IMG/VR virus record: IMGVR_UViG_3300046820_001270
Span: 160,001-224,000 of that record
Source: a virus
Lineage: Duplodnaviria; Caudoviricetes
Reading direction: 5' to 3' (one strand)
DNA length: 64,000 bases
Shown here: piece after piece, positions 1-8,840 of the stretch
Numbering within the stretch: position 1 is the first letter of the stretch
How the letters are laid out: the number at the start of each line of letters is the position of its first letter
The notes under the pieces: generated by a model
Told to the model about the DNA's origin: nothing
Database searches by the model: none
The model's input: the letters and a program-made list of their open reading frames with translations, nothing else
Program-made: the position numbers and the translations under genes

Positions 1-1
1 C

Positions 2-520
2 GTTGGTGGTAAAACATATCAATCTTTAATATCTCAAGTAAAACCAACTGAAGGAGACACTAATACTAATACTGACACTAATACCAATACCGACACTAAT
101 ACAAGTGTGGATAATAATGTTGAAGGTGATTTTAATGTTGTGGATGATTTTATAAATGAGAGTTATGATGATGACTATAACGAATTAGATAGTTTATTCA
201 CAAATAATTTCGATACTGAGGATGATTACGACGGTGAAATGTTTAGAGGAGACGATGAAGGTTTCAGTAATAAAATGAGACAAAATCAAATCCACAAAAA
301 AATGAGATTATCATCAACAGGATTGGATACATATTATAAAGGTGGAGGTGATTTAAAATCAAATACAATTCCTCGTGATTCCGAAGGTGAAGAAGTTAAA
401 TGGAGTCCAATTAGAGATAATGAAATGCCGTTAGACAAATACCTTGAGAAAAAGAAAATGAAAAATTTGGATGAAGATGAGGACATTGCAATGTTAGACA
501 ATTTATTAAAAAAAGATTAA
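2..520 (+). CDS. Acidic hypothetical protein, 5'-truncated by the window edge, with a Thr/Asn/Asp repeat
   Basis: The frame is open from position 2, upstream of the tracked GTG at 107; it encodes DTNTNTDTNTNTDTNTS then a D/E-rich region. Confidence 0.75.
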   Translation, partial: VGGKTYQSLISQVKPTEGDTNTNTDTNTNTDTNTSVDNNVEGDFNVVDDFINESYDDDYNELDSLFTNNFDTEDDYDGEMFRGDDEGFSNKMRQNQIHKKMRLSSTGLDTYYKGGGDLKSNTIPRDSEGEEVKWSPIRDNEMPLDKYLEKKKMKNLDEDEDIAMLDNLLKKD

Positions 521-530
521 AACAAAATAT

Positions 531-641
531 ATGGGAACAAAGGCAAATAAACCACGTGCTATGAGAAGTAGAAGAAGTGGTATTAAATCATTAAACATAG
601 TTAAGAAAAATTTAGAAATTCTAAAGAAACTTAAGGGGTAA
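531..641 (+). CDS. Small basic protein (36 aa, MGTKANKPRAMRSRRSG...)
   Basis: Not in the ORF track; fills the gap exactly, and its TAA overlaps the next ATG (TAATG). Confidence 0.6.
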   Translation: MGTKANKPRAMRSRRSGIKSLNIVKKNLEILKKLKG

Positions 642-1285
642 TGAAAATATTAATTTCGGAAGAACAATTAAAACGTATTATATCCGAACAACCCGAATCA
701 AGGTTTGCACCAAGAGGTATGTCCAATAAAGAACATATGGATGCTCTTAATAGAACCACTTTAAATCCAAATTTGGATGCTGACGATTATGCGGATATAG
801 TGTCAGGTTTAATTGATGTTATACCTGGTATTGGTAATGGGATATCGGGAGCAATTGATATAACACATGGTATTACCTATATTGTTAGATATTATTATGC
901 AAAAACTATAGAAGAGAAAGTTGAATTGGCCGTAATGGGACTTATTACGTTAGGTATGACATTTATCCCTGTTGGGGGTAATGCAACAAACATATTAGCG
1001 AGAAGTGAAATTAAAACGTTATTAAAGAAAACTCCATATGAAGTACGTTTGATGATGAAAAATATGGGACTTATAAAAAGTGCGGGATTCCAATTATCAA
1101 AACAAGCGTGGAAATATTCTTTCTTAATTGCACTCGTAAAAATATTCAGAGGTCAATTAGATAGTGTAATTGGAGATGTTTCGAGAACTTTAACGTCTAT
1201 CTCCAACAAATCTAAGGAACTAAGTCCTATCTTACAAAACTATATGAAAACTATAAACGAACTTAAAAATATTAACAAGGCGTAA
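641..1285 (+). CDS. Leader-bearing putative virion protein with a pre-toxin-like hydrophobic helical hairpin
   Basis: MKILISEEQLKRIISEQ leader; LIDVIPGIGNGISGAID...LGMTFIPVGG motif. Confidence 0.7.
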   Translation: MKILISEEQLKRIISEQPESRFAPRGMSNKEHMDALNRTTLNPNLDADDYADIVSGLIDVIPGIGNGISGAIDITHGITYIVRYYYAKTIEEKVELAVMGLITLGMTFIPVGGNATNILARSEIKTLLKKTPYEVRLMMKNMGLIKSAGFQLSKQAWKYSFLIALVKIFRGQLDSVIGDVSRTLTSISNKSKELSPILQNYMKTINELKNINKA

Positions 1286-3192
1286 TGAAAATACTTTTAA
1301 GTGAAGAACAATATGGTAAATTGATTGAAGCGAATCAAACTTATTCATTTCCTGAAAATAAAGGGGATCTTGATGCGTATATAAGAAGTTTTACCGAGAA
1401 AAACACTAAAAAAGAATTACAAGTAAAACATAATCCAATTTATTATAGATTATGGGCGGGTGGATTGTTAGATAAGTATTATCCCCCTAAAAAACCAATT
1501 ACCAAAAATGAAATAAAAAAATACATTAAGGATAATAATATTACATTAAAATCAAGTGATATAAAAGGGGATACAAGATCATTATCTCAAATGAATGGAA
1601 CTTATTACCGAGCTGCGTGGAGTAATGGATGGTTAGATGATTTATTTCCAAAAGAAAGTGATAAAAAAATATTTAGTAGAATAAAAAAATATATCAAGGA
1701 TAATGATTTAACAAGATCAACATTTAGGTTCAAAAAGTATTATCATATTGCTATCTCAAAAAATTGGATGGATTTGTTATTTCCACCAACAATTGGAACT
1801 AAAGATGAATTTATTAAAACTTGTAAAAAATCACATAAAGGAAGAGATTATGACTATACGGACATAGATTTTAAAGGTACTGGATATGAAATAACAATTA
1901 TTTGTCATAGAAAAGATAATGAGGGAAATGAACATGGACCATTTACTGTGGGGGCTGGAAAACATAAGTTAGGTGATGGAGAATGTAAAAAATGTTTATG
2001 TCAAGACAGAACAGAAAATTTCATTAAAAATGCAATTGAAAAACACGGGAATAAGTATGGTTATGATAAAGTCGATTTTTGTGATCCAAAGTATCAAGTA
2101 AAAGATACCTCAGGAAAAAATAAACATAGATGGTATTTTCCAATATATTGTGAAACACATAAAACTTATTTTAGACAAAGAACGGATATACATTTAACTC
2201 CACATGGATGCCCTTATTGTGCGGAATCACAAGGTGAATCGGCAATTAAAAAAACATTAGATGAGATGGGGTTAAAATATTCGGCGTGGGAAAGTTTTGA
2301 TTTTTGTACCAATCAAGGTTATAAAGGAAGAAAATGTACTGATTTAGAATTTGATGTTTATATCCCCGATATGAAAACTATTATTGAATACGACGGAGGA
2401 GGACACTTTGGACCAATTGATTATTTTGGAGGACAAGATACTTTTACACAAGTTGTACATTACGATAATTTGAAAAATGAATTTTGTGATGGACAATATA
2501 ATATACGTGGAACTCATATTGAAAAACTAATACGTATATCAGATAAAACCCCATTAAACGAAATACCAAGTGAAGTTAAACGTTTAATTATGGGTAAAAG
2601 AAAAGGTTTGTTATTATCAAAAAATTACCCATCCGCTGGTTGGAATGGAGGTGGTATAAACGAATCCAAATTATCGTTTGAAAATGTCTTAACCGAAAAG
2701 TTAAGAGATATGGTGTCAATTCCAATCTATCACCATACCACAGAGGAACGTGCTTTGGGTATTATGAATAGTAATATGTTAAAAGGATCTAAACAATATG
2801 AGGAGGTTTTAAATTTAGATAGAACATTAAAACAATCCAAACATAAAACAATGGTTTCCTTTACTCGTGATAAGAACTTTATACCAGATGGGTCTATTGG
2901 TAATTCTGGGGATGGTCCTCGTATTAAACCTGATATGTTGAACGTAATCTTTGTTGCAGATAGAAGTCGTCTTAAATCACGTTATAGGGTGGTTCCTTTT
3001 GATTATGGAACAATTGCAAATAAAGCTTGGATGGATCCAGTTCCACGTAGTCGTAAAAACCCTGAGGTAGAAGAAAGAGTATTAACTGATCGAATATATC
3101 CATTAAGACAATACCTTACAAATATTATTTATACAGGTCAAGATCTTGAGATACAAAAGAAGATAGATGAGTATCTATCGGGTATTAAATAA
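1285..3192 (+). CDS. Leader + homing-endonuclease-like region (Y..A...GWLD repeats, Zn-ribbon repeats, PD-(D/E)XK/Vsr-like nuclease) + C-terminal ADP-ribosyltransferase-like domain
   Basis: HG..YDY...IIC...HG.F..H..G..C..C repeats; FDVYIPDMKTIIEYDGGGHF; C-terminal YHHT / VSFTR / EVEER. Confidence 0.65.
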   Translation: MKILLSEEQYGKLIEANQTYSFPENKGDLDAYIRSFTEKNTKKELQVKHNPIYYRLWAGGLLDKYYPPKKPITKNEIKKYIKDNNITLKSSDIKGDTRSLSQMNGTYYRAAWSNGWLDDLFPKESDKKIFSRIKKYIKDNDLTRSTFRFKKYYHIAISKNWMDLLFPPTIGTKDEFIKTCKKSHKGRDYDYTDIDFKGTGYEITIICHRKDNEGNEHGPFTVGAGKHKLGDGECKKCLCQDRTENFIKNAIEKHGNKYGYDKVDFCDPKYQVKDTSGKNKHRWYFPIYCETHKTYFRQRTDIHLTPHGCPYCAESQGESAIKKTLDEMGLKYSAWESFDFCTNQGYKGRKCTDLEFDVYIPDMKTIIEYDGGGHFGPIDYFGGQDTFTQVVHYDNLKNEFCDGQYNIRGTHIEKLIRISDKTPLNEIPSEVKRLIMGKRKGLLLSKNYPSAGWNGGGINESKLSFENVLTEKLRDMVSIPIYHHTTEERALGIMNSNMLKGSKQYEEVLNLDRTLKQSKHKTMVSFTRDKNFIPDGSIGNSGDGPRIKPDMLNVIFVADRSRLKSRYRVVPFDYGTIANKAWMDPVPRSRKNPEVEERVLTDRIYPLRQYLTNIIYTGQDLEIQKKIDEYLSGIK

Positions 3193-3197
3193 ATTAT

Positions 3198-3869
3198 ATG
3201 ATAATTCATAGACCAGCACATACAAGATCTAATCCAAAAAATAATTGGATTAATTCGTATAGAACATTTAGTTTTCCTCCGTATTTTGATCCGAAGTATA
3301 TTAACTTTAGTTATTTACAAACAATCAATGACGATAGAGTTCAACCAAAAGGTCAAGTCGCAATGCACGAACATAAGAATATGGAAATATTTGGTTATGT
3401 TGTTGAAGGTGTTTGTAGGCACACGGATAGTCACGGAAACATATTAGATATACCAGCGGGAGCCGTCCAAAGAATGTCTTGCGGTTCAGGTATAAGACAC
3501 ACTGAGGGAAACACAACAGACACCCCAAATCGTTATTTACAACTATGGATAAGACCTAATGTAAAAGATACAGAACCAATACACGAATGGTATCAATTCA
3601 CAAGAGAAGATAAACTAAATAAGTTTTGCGATATAACGGAGAAATTACCCATAAAACAGGACGCAAGATTGTTGGCAGGTATATTCACAGAAAACTTTAG
3701 TTTTGACCTTAATTCGTCTCGTAAGTACTACCTGTACGTAGTATCAGGAATGTCTACCTTAAACGACACACCATTAATAGAAGGAGATGGTTTAAGCTTC
3801 ACAGAGGAAGATAAAATCAATATAATTACGGATACGGAAATCGAAATCATTTTGTTTGATTTAGGGTAA
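3198..3869 (+). CDS. Pirin family protein (YhhW/quercetin 2,3-dioxygenase-like)
   Basis: SYRTFSF..YFDP, INDDRV, HEHKNMEI, HTDSHGN, VQRMSCGSGIRHTE, LQLWIRP. Confidence 0.9.
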   Translation: MIIHRPAHTRSNPKNNWINSYRTFSFPPYFDPKYINFSYLQTINDDRVQPKGQVAMHEHKNMEIFGYVVEGVCRHTDSHGNILDIPAGAVQRMSCGSGIRHTEGNTTDTPNRYLQLWIRPNVKDTEPIHEWYQFTREDKLNKFCDITEKLPIKQDARLLAGIFTENFSFDLNSSRKYYLYVVSGMSTLNDTPLIEGDGLSFTEEDKINIITDTEIEIILFDLG

Positions 3870-3877
3870 TATTTATA
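3870..3877 (+). promoter_or_regulatory. TATTTATA motif, putative phage late promoter (representative copy)
   Basis: Same 8-mer on the sense strand about 4-14 nt before ATG at 6105, 6636, 17923, 25067, 25521, 27692 and 50958, and 35 nt before it at 60572; reverse copies precede minus-strand genes at 11306, 15028, 19658, 31735 and 37923. Confidence 0.7.
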
Positions 3878-3881
3878 TCTA

Positions 3882-5330
3882 ATGAAGCTTCAGGTAACAG
3901 AATCACAATTAAAACTTATTGAACAACAACAGTTAAATGAACTGAAGTGGTTGGCTAATGTTCAATCACACATTGTTAAAATGGACGTTCCGTTGACACC
4001 GTCGTTGGTAAACTATATTTGGGGAAGTCAAAGAGTTACAACATTCCACGTCGGAGATGTTAACGGTATTAATGAGATTGGTGCAATGGTTGGAACGAGA
4101 AAATCTTTATCTACATTTAGATTTATGGATAAGGAATTGGTTAAAAATATGAAAGGGGTTCAAACCGAAGGTGGAATTATCTATCAAATTGTTGGAGATT
4201 TACAATTCGACTCACCAACAGATGTTATGAGTGCTCCTGATGAGACAGGTAGAAGATGGGTAAACATTAGAAGTTTCCATAATGACTTTCAAAATAAAGT
4301 CGAACTTGAATATGTAAAGTATGAGAAATTTGGAGATATGGATGAACTATCAAAATCCCCAAAAAATTTAATAGAATATTATAGACTAATGGACCAATTG
4401 GTTCGAGAAAATGCAAAAGAAATTCGTGAATATTTTACCGACATTAAAAAGAACAGAGGTGGAAGGGAAAGTTTATGGAATGAAACTGTTGTGAATAATA
4501 TTGAGGTTAAGGACATATTATGGAAAGAGGATATTGTTGCATTTTTAGATAATTGGGAAACAAAAGAACAAAGGTTAAGTGTACTTGACAAAATTGGTAT
4601 AAAATTGAGTTCTATATCCACAGGAACCGTTTATTTGGCTGATAGAGGTGGTACGTTTGGTTTTAGAGATATTAATCCAGTTAAATGGGTTGAACAAAGA
4701 GGAGGTCTAACTAATTTTAAAAAATACGTTAAAAAATTCCATGTAGATAGTGAACCAAAGAGAATACGGATCAATGAGGATAAACCAAACCCTAATAACC
4801 CACCATTTATAAAATATGGTCAGGGTTATGTTTTAATTACACCCGACAAACCTATAGATAAAACTGCGTGTGTTATTTTCGGTGGTTGGAATACTACAGA
4901 TGGTAATCACAAACATTTAGTAAAATTTATTCCTGAAAATTTACAATATAAAAAAACAATATTAATTACAGTACCTGGTGCAAGTATGGGTGATTTAAAA
5001 AGGATGTTAGGTAATACAAAAATTAAATCTATAATAGGTTTTGAGGAAGGTGGAATGAACGCATGTAAGTATGCTGGTGAATATGATGTAGTTGGGTTAA
5101 TTAACCCCGTTTTAAATAAAGATTCACAAAGATATCATATTAACGATAAAAGAGTTTTCATGTTATATGACCCAAATAAGGGAATTTTAAATGGTAATAA
5201 AATTGAACGAGGAGATAAATACCAAAAAGAATTTGCTTCAATTATGACGGGTAATGCTATACCACTTAAAGATTATAAAAGTGAAAATATGTTAACTTAT
5301 TTCCTTAATAAGTTTCAAAATAATATTTAA
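3882..5330 (+). CDS. Leader-bearing two-domain protein: ART-like N-domain + alpha/beta-hydrolase-like C-domain
   Basis: MKLQVTESQLKLIEQ leader; TFHV / SLSTF / LWNET; CVIFGG and IIGFEEGG elbow-like motif. Confidence 0.5.
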   Translation: MKLQVTESQLKLIEQQQLNELKWLANVQSHIVKMDVPLTPSLVNYIWGSQRVTTFHVGDVNGINEIGAMVGTRKSLSTFRFMDKELVKNMKGVQTEGGIIYQIVGDLQFDSPTDVMSAPDETGRRWVNIRSFHNDFQNKVELEYVKYEKFGDMDELSKSPKNLIEYYRLMDQLVRENAKEIREYFTDIKKNRGGRESLWNETVVNNIEVKDILWKEDIVAFLDNWETKEQRLSVLDKIGIKLSSISTGTVYLADRGGTFGFRDINPVKWVEQRGGLTNFKKYVKKFHVDSEPKRIRINEDKPNPNNPPFIKYGQGYVLITPDKPIDKTACVIFGGWNTTDGNHKHLVKFIPENLQYKKTILITVPGASMGDLKRMLGNTKIKSIIGFEEGGMNACKYAGEYDVVGLINPVLNKDSQRYHINDKRVFMLYDPNKGILNGNKIERGDKYQKEFASIMTGNAIPLKDYKSENMLTYFLNKFQNNI

Positions 5331-5882
5331 TTAAATTGTAATTCCCTTTTTTTGATTGTATTTGATCATTGATTTAATATTTTTAGAATAATTACATCCG
5401 GGACAATAATCAGTATCCAATTTTTTATAATATCCATCAACGTTTAATGAACTATAACCAAGTTCGTCTTGCATTAATTTGTAATCTTTAACTGAATCAA
5501 CCCAATTGTTATATGTTGCATGATTTCTATTAGTACCTGTTGCAACATTTTTTCTTTGTTTTGGTTGTTTCATCCCAAACAAATTATTATTCTCTTTGAA
5601 CACATTACTTTTAAAATGTTCGCTTTCCCAAAAAGCTTGTGCTAGTGCAATATTTGGGTACTTAATACCTTGTTTAATAATCTCAGCTTTTAAATTTTCT
5701 AAACTAAATGGTTTAGGTTCTGTTTTTTCGGATGTTTTTGGTTTATTAGATTTAGTTAAACGATCATAAGCCGATTTACCCATATCATAAACCGATCTAC
5801 CAAGATTAACAGCATTTAAACCATCTATTTGTTCATTAATTAACCTATCAAGATCACTTTTTTTAATTCTAATAATTTTCAT
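5331..5882 (-). CDS. Leader-bearing glucosaminidase (FlgJ/GH73-like peptidoglycan hydrolase)
   Basis: ALAQAFWES, NNLFGMK, ATYNNWVDSVKDY. Confidence 0.8.
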   Translation of the reverse strand: MKIIRIKKSDLDRLINEQIDGLNAVNLGRSVYDMGKSAYDRLTKSNKPKTSEKTEPKPFSLENLKAEIIKQGIKYPNIALAQAFWESEHFKSNVFKENNNLFGMKQPKQRKNVATGTNRNHATYNNWVDSVKDYKLMQDELGYSSLNVDGYYKKLDTDYCPGCNYSKNIKSMIKYNQKKGITI

Positions 5883-5925
5883 ATGAAACTATATACTTTT
5901 TTAATATTTTAAGTTAAAATGATAC

Positions 5926-5992
5926 CCAGTATATACTAGTATTATTTATTACTAGATTAATAGCTAGATTCTAGTACTAGAATAAATACTGG
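5926..5992. repeat. CTAG-rich inverted-repeat element between divergent genes
   Basis: CCAGTAT(5926-5932)/ATACTGG(5986-5992); perfect palindrome ATTCTAGTACTAGAAT 5968-5983; five CTAG in 45 bp. Confidence 0.8.
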
Positions 5993-6125
5993 ATAAAATA
6001 GAAAAGTTGAGATGTTTTAATTGAAAAAGATGTACACCTTAAAGTACATGAACCCATGTTAATTGATCTTAAGGGTAAAATTGATACTAATCTCTAAATC
6101 CAAGTATTTATATAAAAACACACAA

Positions 6126-6587
6126 ATGGGAAAGAAATTTAAAATTACAGAAGACCAACTAAAAAGATTGGTTGAAAACAAAAGTAGAATTCAAGAACAA
6201 AATGAAGGATATATGGATGAAGAACTTGACGGACCTTCAAGAGAAGAATATTTTGCTAAACACGGAGATGATAATATGGGTTGGACAGGTAGTTCAAACA
6301 AAACATATCAAGATTTACCTGATGGTGACTATGATGATGAAACGTATGATGATTTTGATACATTACATAATGCTTATCCTAATTTTCATTCACATTATTC
6401 AGGTAAAGGTGAGGTAGATCGAGCAAGAGGAATGTTTGGTACATATAAAAACCTTCGTGGTCCATTACGTATAAAGAAAAGAAGATCTATGGATGAGATG
6501 GGCGTGAAAGAAGATGGTATGATGAACGAATCGATTAAACAATATAAAACCGAATTTGAGAGGTTTTTAAAGAAACCAAAACAATAG
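6126..6587 (+). CDS. Leader-bearing acidic hypothetical protein (start revised from 6063)
   Basis: TATTTATA at 6105 precedes ATG 6126; MGKKFKITEDQLKRLVE. Confidence 0.75.
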   Translation: MGKKFKITEDQLKRLVENKSRIQEQNEGYMDEELDGPSREEYFAKHGDDNMGWTGSSNKTYQDLPDGDYDDETYDDFDTLHNAYPNFHSHYSGKGEVDRARGMFGTYKNLRGPLRIKKRRSMDEMGVKEDGMMNESIKQYKTEFERFLKKPKQ

Positions 6588-6593
6588 TTAATG

Positions 6594-6619
6594 AACCCTT
6601 CAGAAATGAGGGGTTTTTT
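6594..6619 (+). terminator. Intrinsic terminator
   Basis: AACCCTTCA-GAAA-TGAGGGGTT followed by a T-tract. Confidence 0.8.
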
Positions 6620-6647
6620 ATTATATCTATAGGGATATTTATATACA

Positions 6648-8825
6648 ATGAACTTTAACAACATTTTTGAAGAATTACTACTTGAGTTAAGTGGACAGGA
6701 GATATACCAAAAGTATTATTCTAAAATACCATATGAGACTTTTTTAGATATTGTAATGGCTGACCCGAAAACAAACATAAGTGGATCAGGTGAATTACTA
6801 TCAATAGGAAAATATTCAAAATTATTATTATCATTTTATCAAAAGGGTAGTTTAAGGGATGAGGATTTAGCAAAGGCTGAAGAATATTTGGAATGTGTTT
6901 ATTCCCATAATATCGCATTAGACGTAAGTAAATTAAAAAATTTAGGGGACTTATATCAAGTAGTTCAAAAATATCTTATTTCGGACACACAAGATCTTAA
7001 TGAAATTTTAAAGGCACTTGTTATCGATCAAGATTACAAATTACTACATCAAGGTAAAGATTGGGATTTTTATCAACCTCTTACCGAAAAAGGATCATCA
7101 TATTTAGGATTTGCTACCGAGTGGTGTACCGCTTGGGGTCAGTATTGTCTTAATAAAAAATATAGAGAAAGGCAAAACCATTTTGAAAGACATAACGGAC
7201 AAGGACCTTTATTCATTATGATGAGTAAAATTAATCCATTAAACAAATATCAATTTCATTTTGAAACAAATCAATTTATGGATCCAAAGGACAGTAGAAT
7301 TAATTTTACTGAATTTTGGCCAAATAAAGATGAAATTAAAAATTATTTCTTCCCATCATTAGTTAGAGAAACATCTGAGGAAGAAGTAAAAAATGAATTA
7401 CAAAGAATTTCAATTTTACCTGATGCAGATGGTATGGTAATATTAAAGAAATCAATCGGAACTGTTAACAATCCTTTAGTGGAAGCAATCATAAATGAAG
7501 ATGAAGACGCATTAGAAGATTTGGTTGATGGTGAAGAAAGAGATGGTTCTGTTTATGTTTATAGTGGTAGACTTATTATACAAGTTGACGGGATACCAGG
7601 AGACGATGCTGAGGGTGTTGAAAGATCAATAGATCAATATAGGGGAGAGTCGAATAATGGTTGGGAGTGGGTTCACAGTGATATTGAAAATAGATATTAC
7701 GACGTAAGTGATTATGAAGATGATTTTGAAAAAATTTTTAAATCTTATTACGATAATCACAAAATAATATTACAACAAGAATTGGGTATTAATTCATATG
7801 AAATTTTTAAAGAAGATTATTTTGACAATTATCTTGGTGATAATCATATTGTAGATACTTTTGTAGATGATATAACTGATTTATCATATGCAAGTTATGA
7901 AGCCGAAAATGATAGAGAGGCGGATGCGATTGAAAAGTATTTGTCTTTTGGTTCTTCAGATGAACTTAATTTTTCAATTGTTTTTTTAGTACAATTTTTA
8001 ATTAAAAGAAATATTGTTGGACTTGGTGGGAATTATGATTGGACAATACAAGACATGGTTAGTAGTTATATTAGTCATTATAAATTAACAACTGAAATAG
8101 ATGAACCGGTATATAATTATGAGACAACATATCCAAAATATGGAGACAATAATTATATTACGAAAAGTACTGATGAACATTTCGGTAAATTATTAGATAA
8201 CCCTGAAACAAATCATCAATGTGTAGAATTAAGAAAACAATTAAATTATATTATTAAAACTTTATTTAAAGGATCAAACAAATTTGAAAATGATCATGTA
8301 AAAATTAAGTTAAAATCAAATAAAATTGATTGTGAAAAGGGGACAGTTAATATTGAATTTGTAAATAAAGATACGGGTCAGGTTTTCTACGATAATAATG
8401 TTAAAGTTGAAAATTTACCGAGATATGCAACTAACTACGAATTGAATTTAAAAGAAAATAAAAAAATGAAATTAGTTATAACAGAATCTCAATTAGAAAA
8501 TTTAAAGAAGTCGGTTGGTAAAGGAGAAGATATAGGTGAAAGAAGTCGTAGTTTTGCGTTTACAAGAAAGAAAAGAAAATTTAGTAAACCTGAAAGAATG
8601 TCTAATCCACTTAGATATAAAGAAAAGGATAGATTGGAAGAGGAAGGTGAAGAACATAATTTTAATAAACCGTTAACACCTGAACAAATAAAAAGTATTG
8701 AACAAATAAACAAAGACGCTAAGTTCCTTACTTGTAGAAACTGTAGACATAAATTTACACAAACGACACATAAAAAGAAGAAATCTTTACCTATTTGTCC
8801 AACTTGCGGAACACATAATAAATAA
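6648..8825 (+). CDS. Large hypothetical protein with a conserved phage 'WC' domain, an internal second leader and a C-terminal Zn ribbon
   Basis: TEWCTAWG...KYQFHFETNQFMD; in-frame MKLVITESQLENL at 8466; CRNC..CPTC. Confidence 0.7.
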   Translation: MNFNNIFEELLLELSGQEIYQKYYSKIPYETFLDIVMADPKTNISGSGELLSIGKYSKLLLSFYQKGSLRDEDLAKAEEYLECVYSHNIALDVSKLKNLGDLYQVVQKYLISDTQDLNEILKALVIDQDYKLLHQGKDWDFYQPLTEKGSSYLGFATEWCTAWGQYCLNKKYRERQNHFERHNGQGPLFIMMSKINPLNKYQFHFETNQFMDPKDSRINFTEFWPNKDEIKNYFFPSLVRETSEEEVKNELQRISILPDADGMVILKKSIGTVNNPLVEAIINEDEDALEDLVDGEERDGSVYVYSGRLIIQVDGIPGDDAEGVERSIDQYRGESNNGWEWVHSDIENRYYDVSDYEDDFEKIFKSYYDNHKIILQQELGINSYEIFKEDYFDNYLGDNHIVDTFVDDITDLSYASYEAENDREADAIEKYLSFGSSDELNFSIVFLVQFLIKRNIVGLGGNYDWTIQDMVSSYISHYKLTTEIDEPVYNYETTYPKYGDNNYITKSTDEHFGKLLDNPETNHQCVELRKQLNYIIKTLFKGSNKFENDHVKIKLKSNKIDCEKGTVNIEFVNKDTGQVFYDNNVKVENLPRYATNYELNLKENKKMKLVITESQLENLKKSVGKGEDIGERSRSFAFTRKKRKFSKPERMSNPLRYKEKDRLEEEGEEHNFNKPLTPEQIKSIEQINKDAKFLTCRNCRHKFTQTTHKKKKSLPICPTCGTHNK

Positions 8826-8840
8826 TATTATTAAGATTAA

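Noticed and set aside
1285-3192. Intein
   Set aside because: No Cys/Ser start block or His-Asn-[CST] end around the nuclease region
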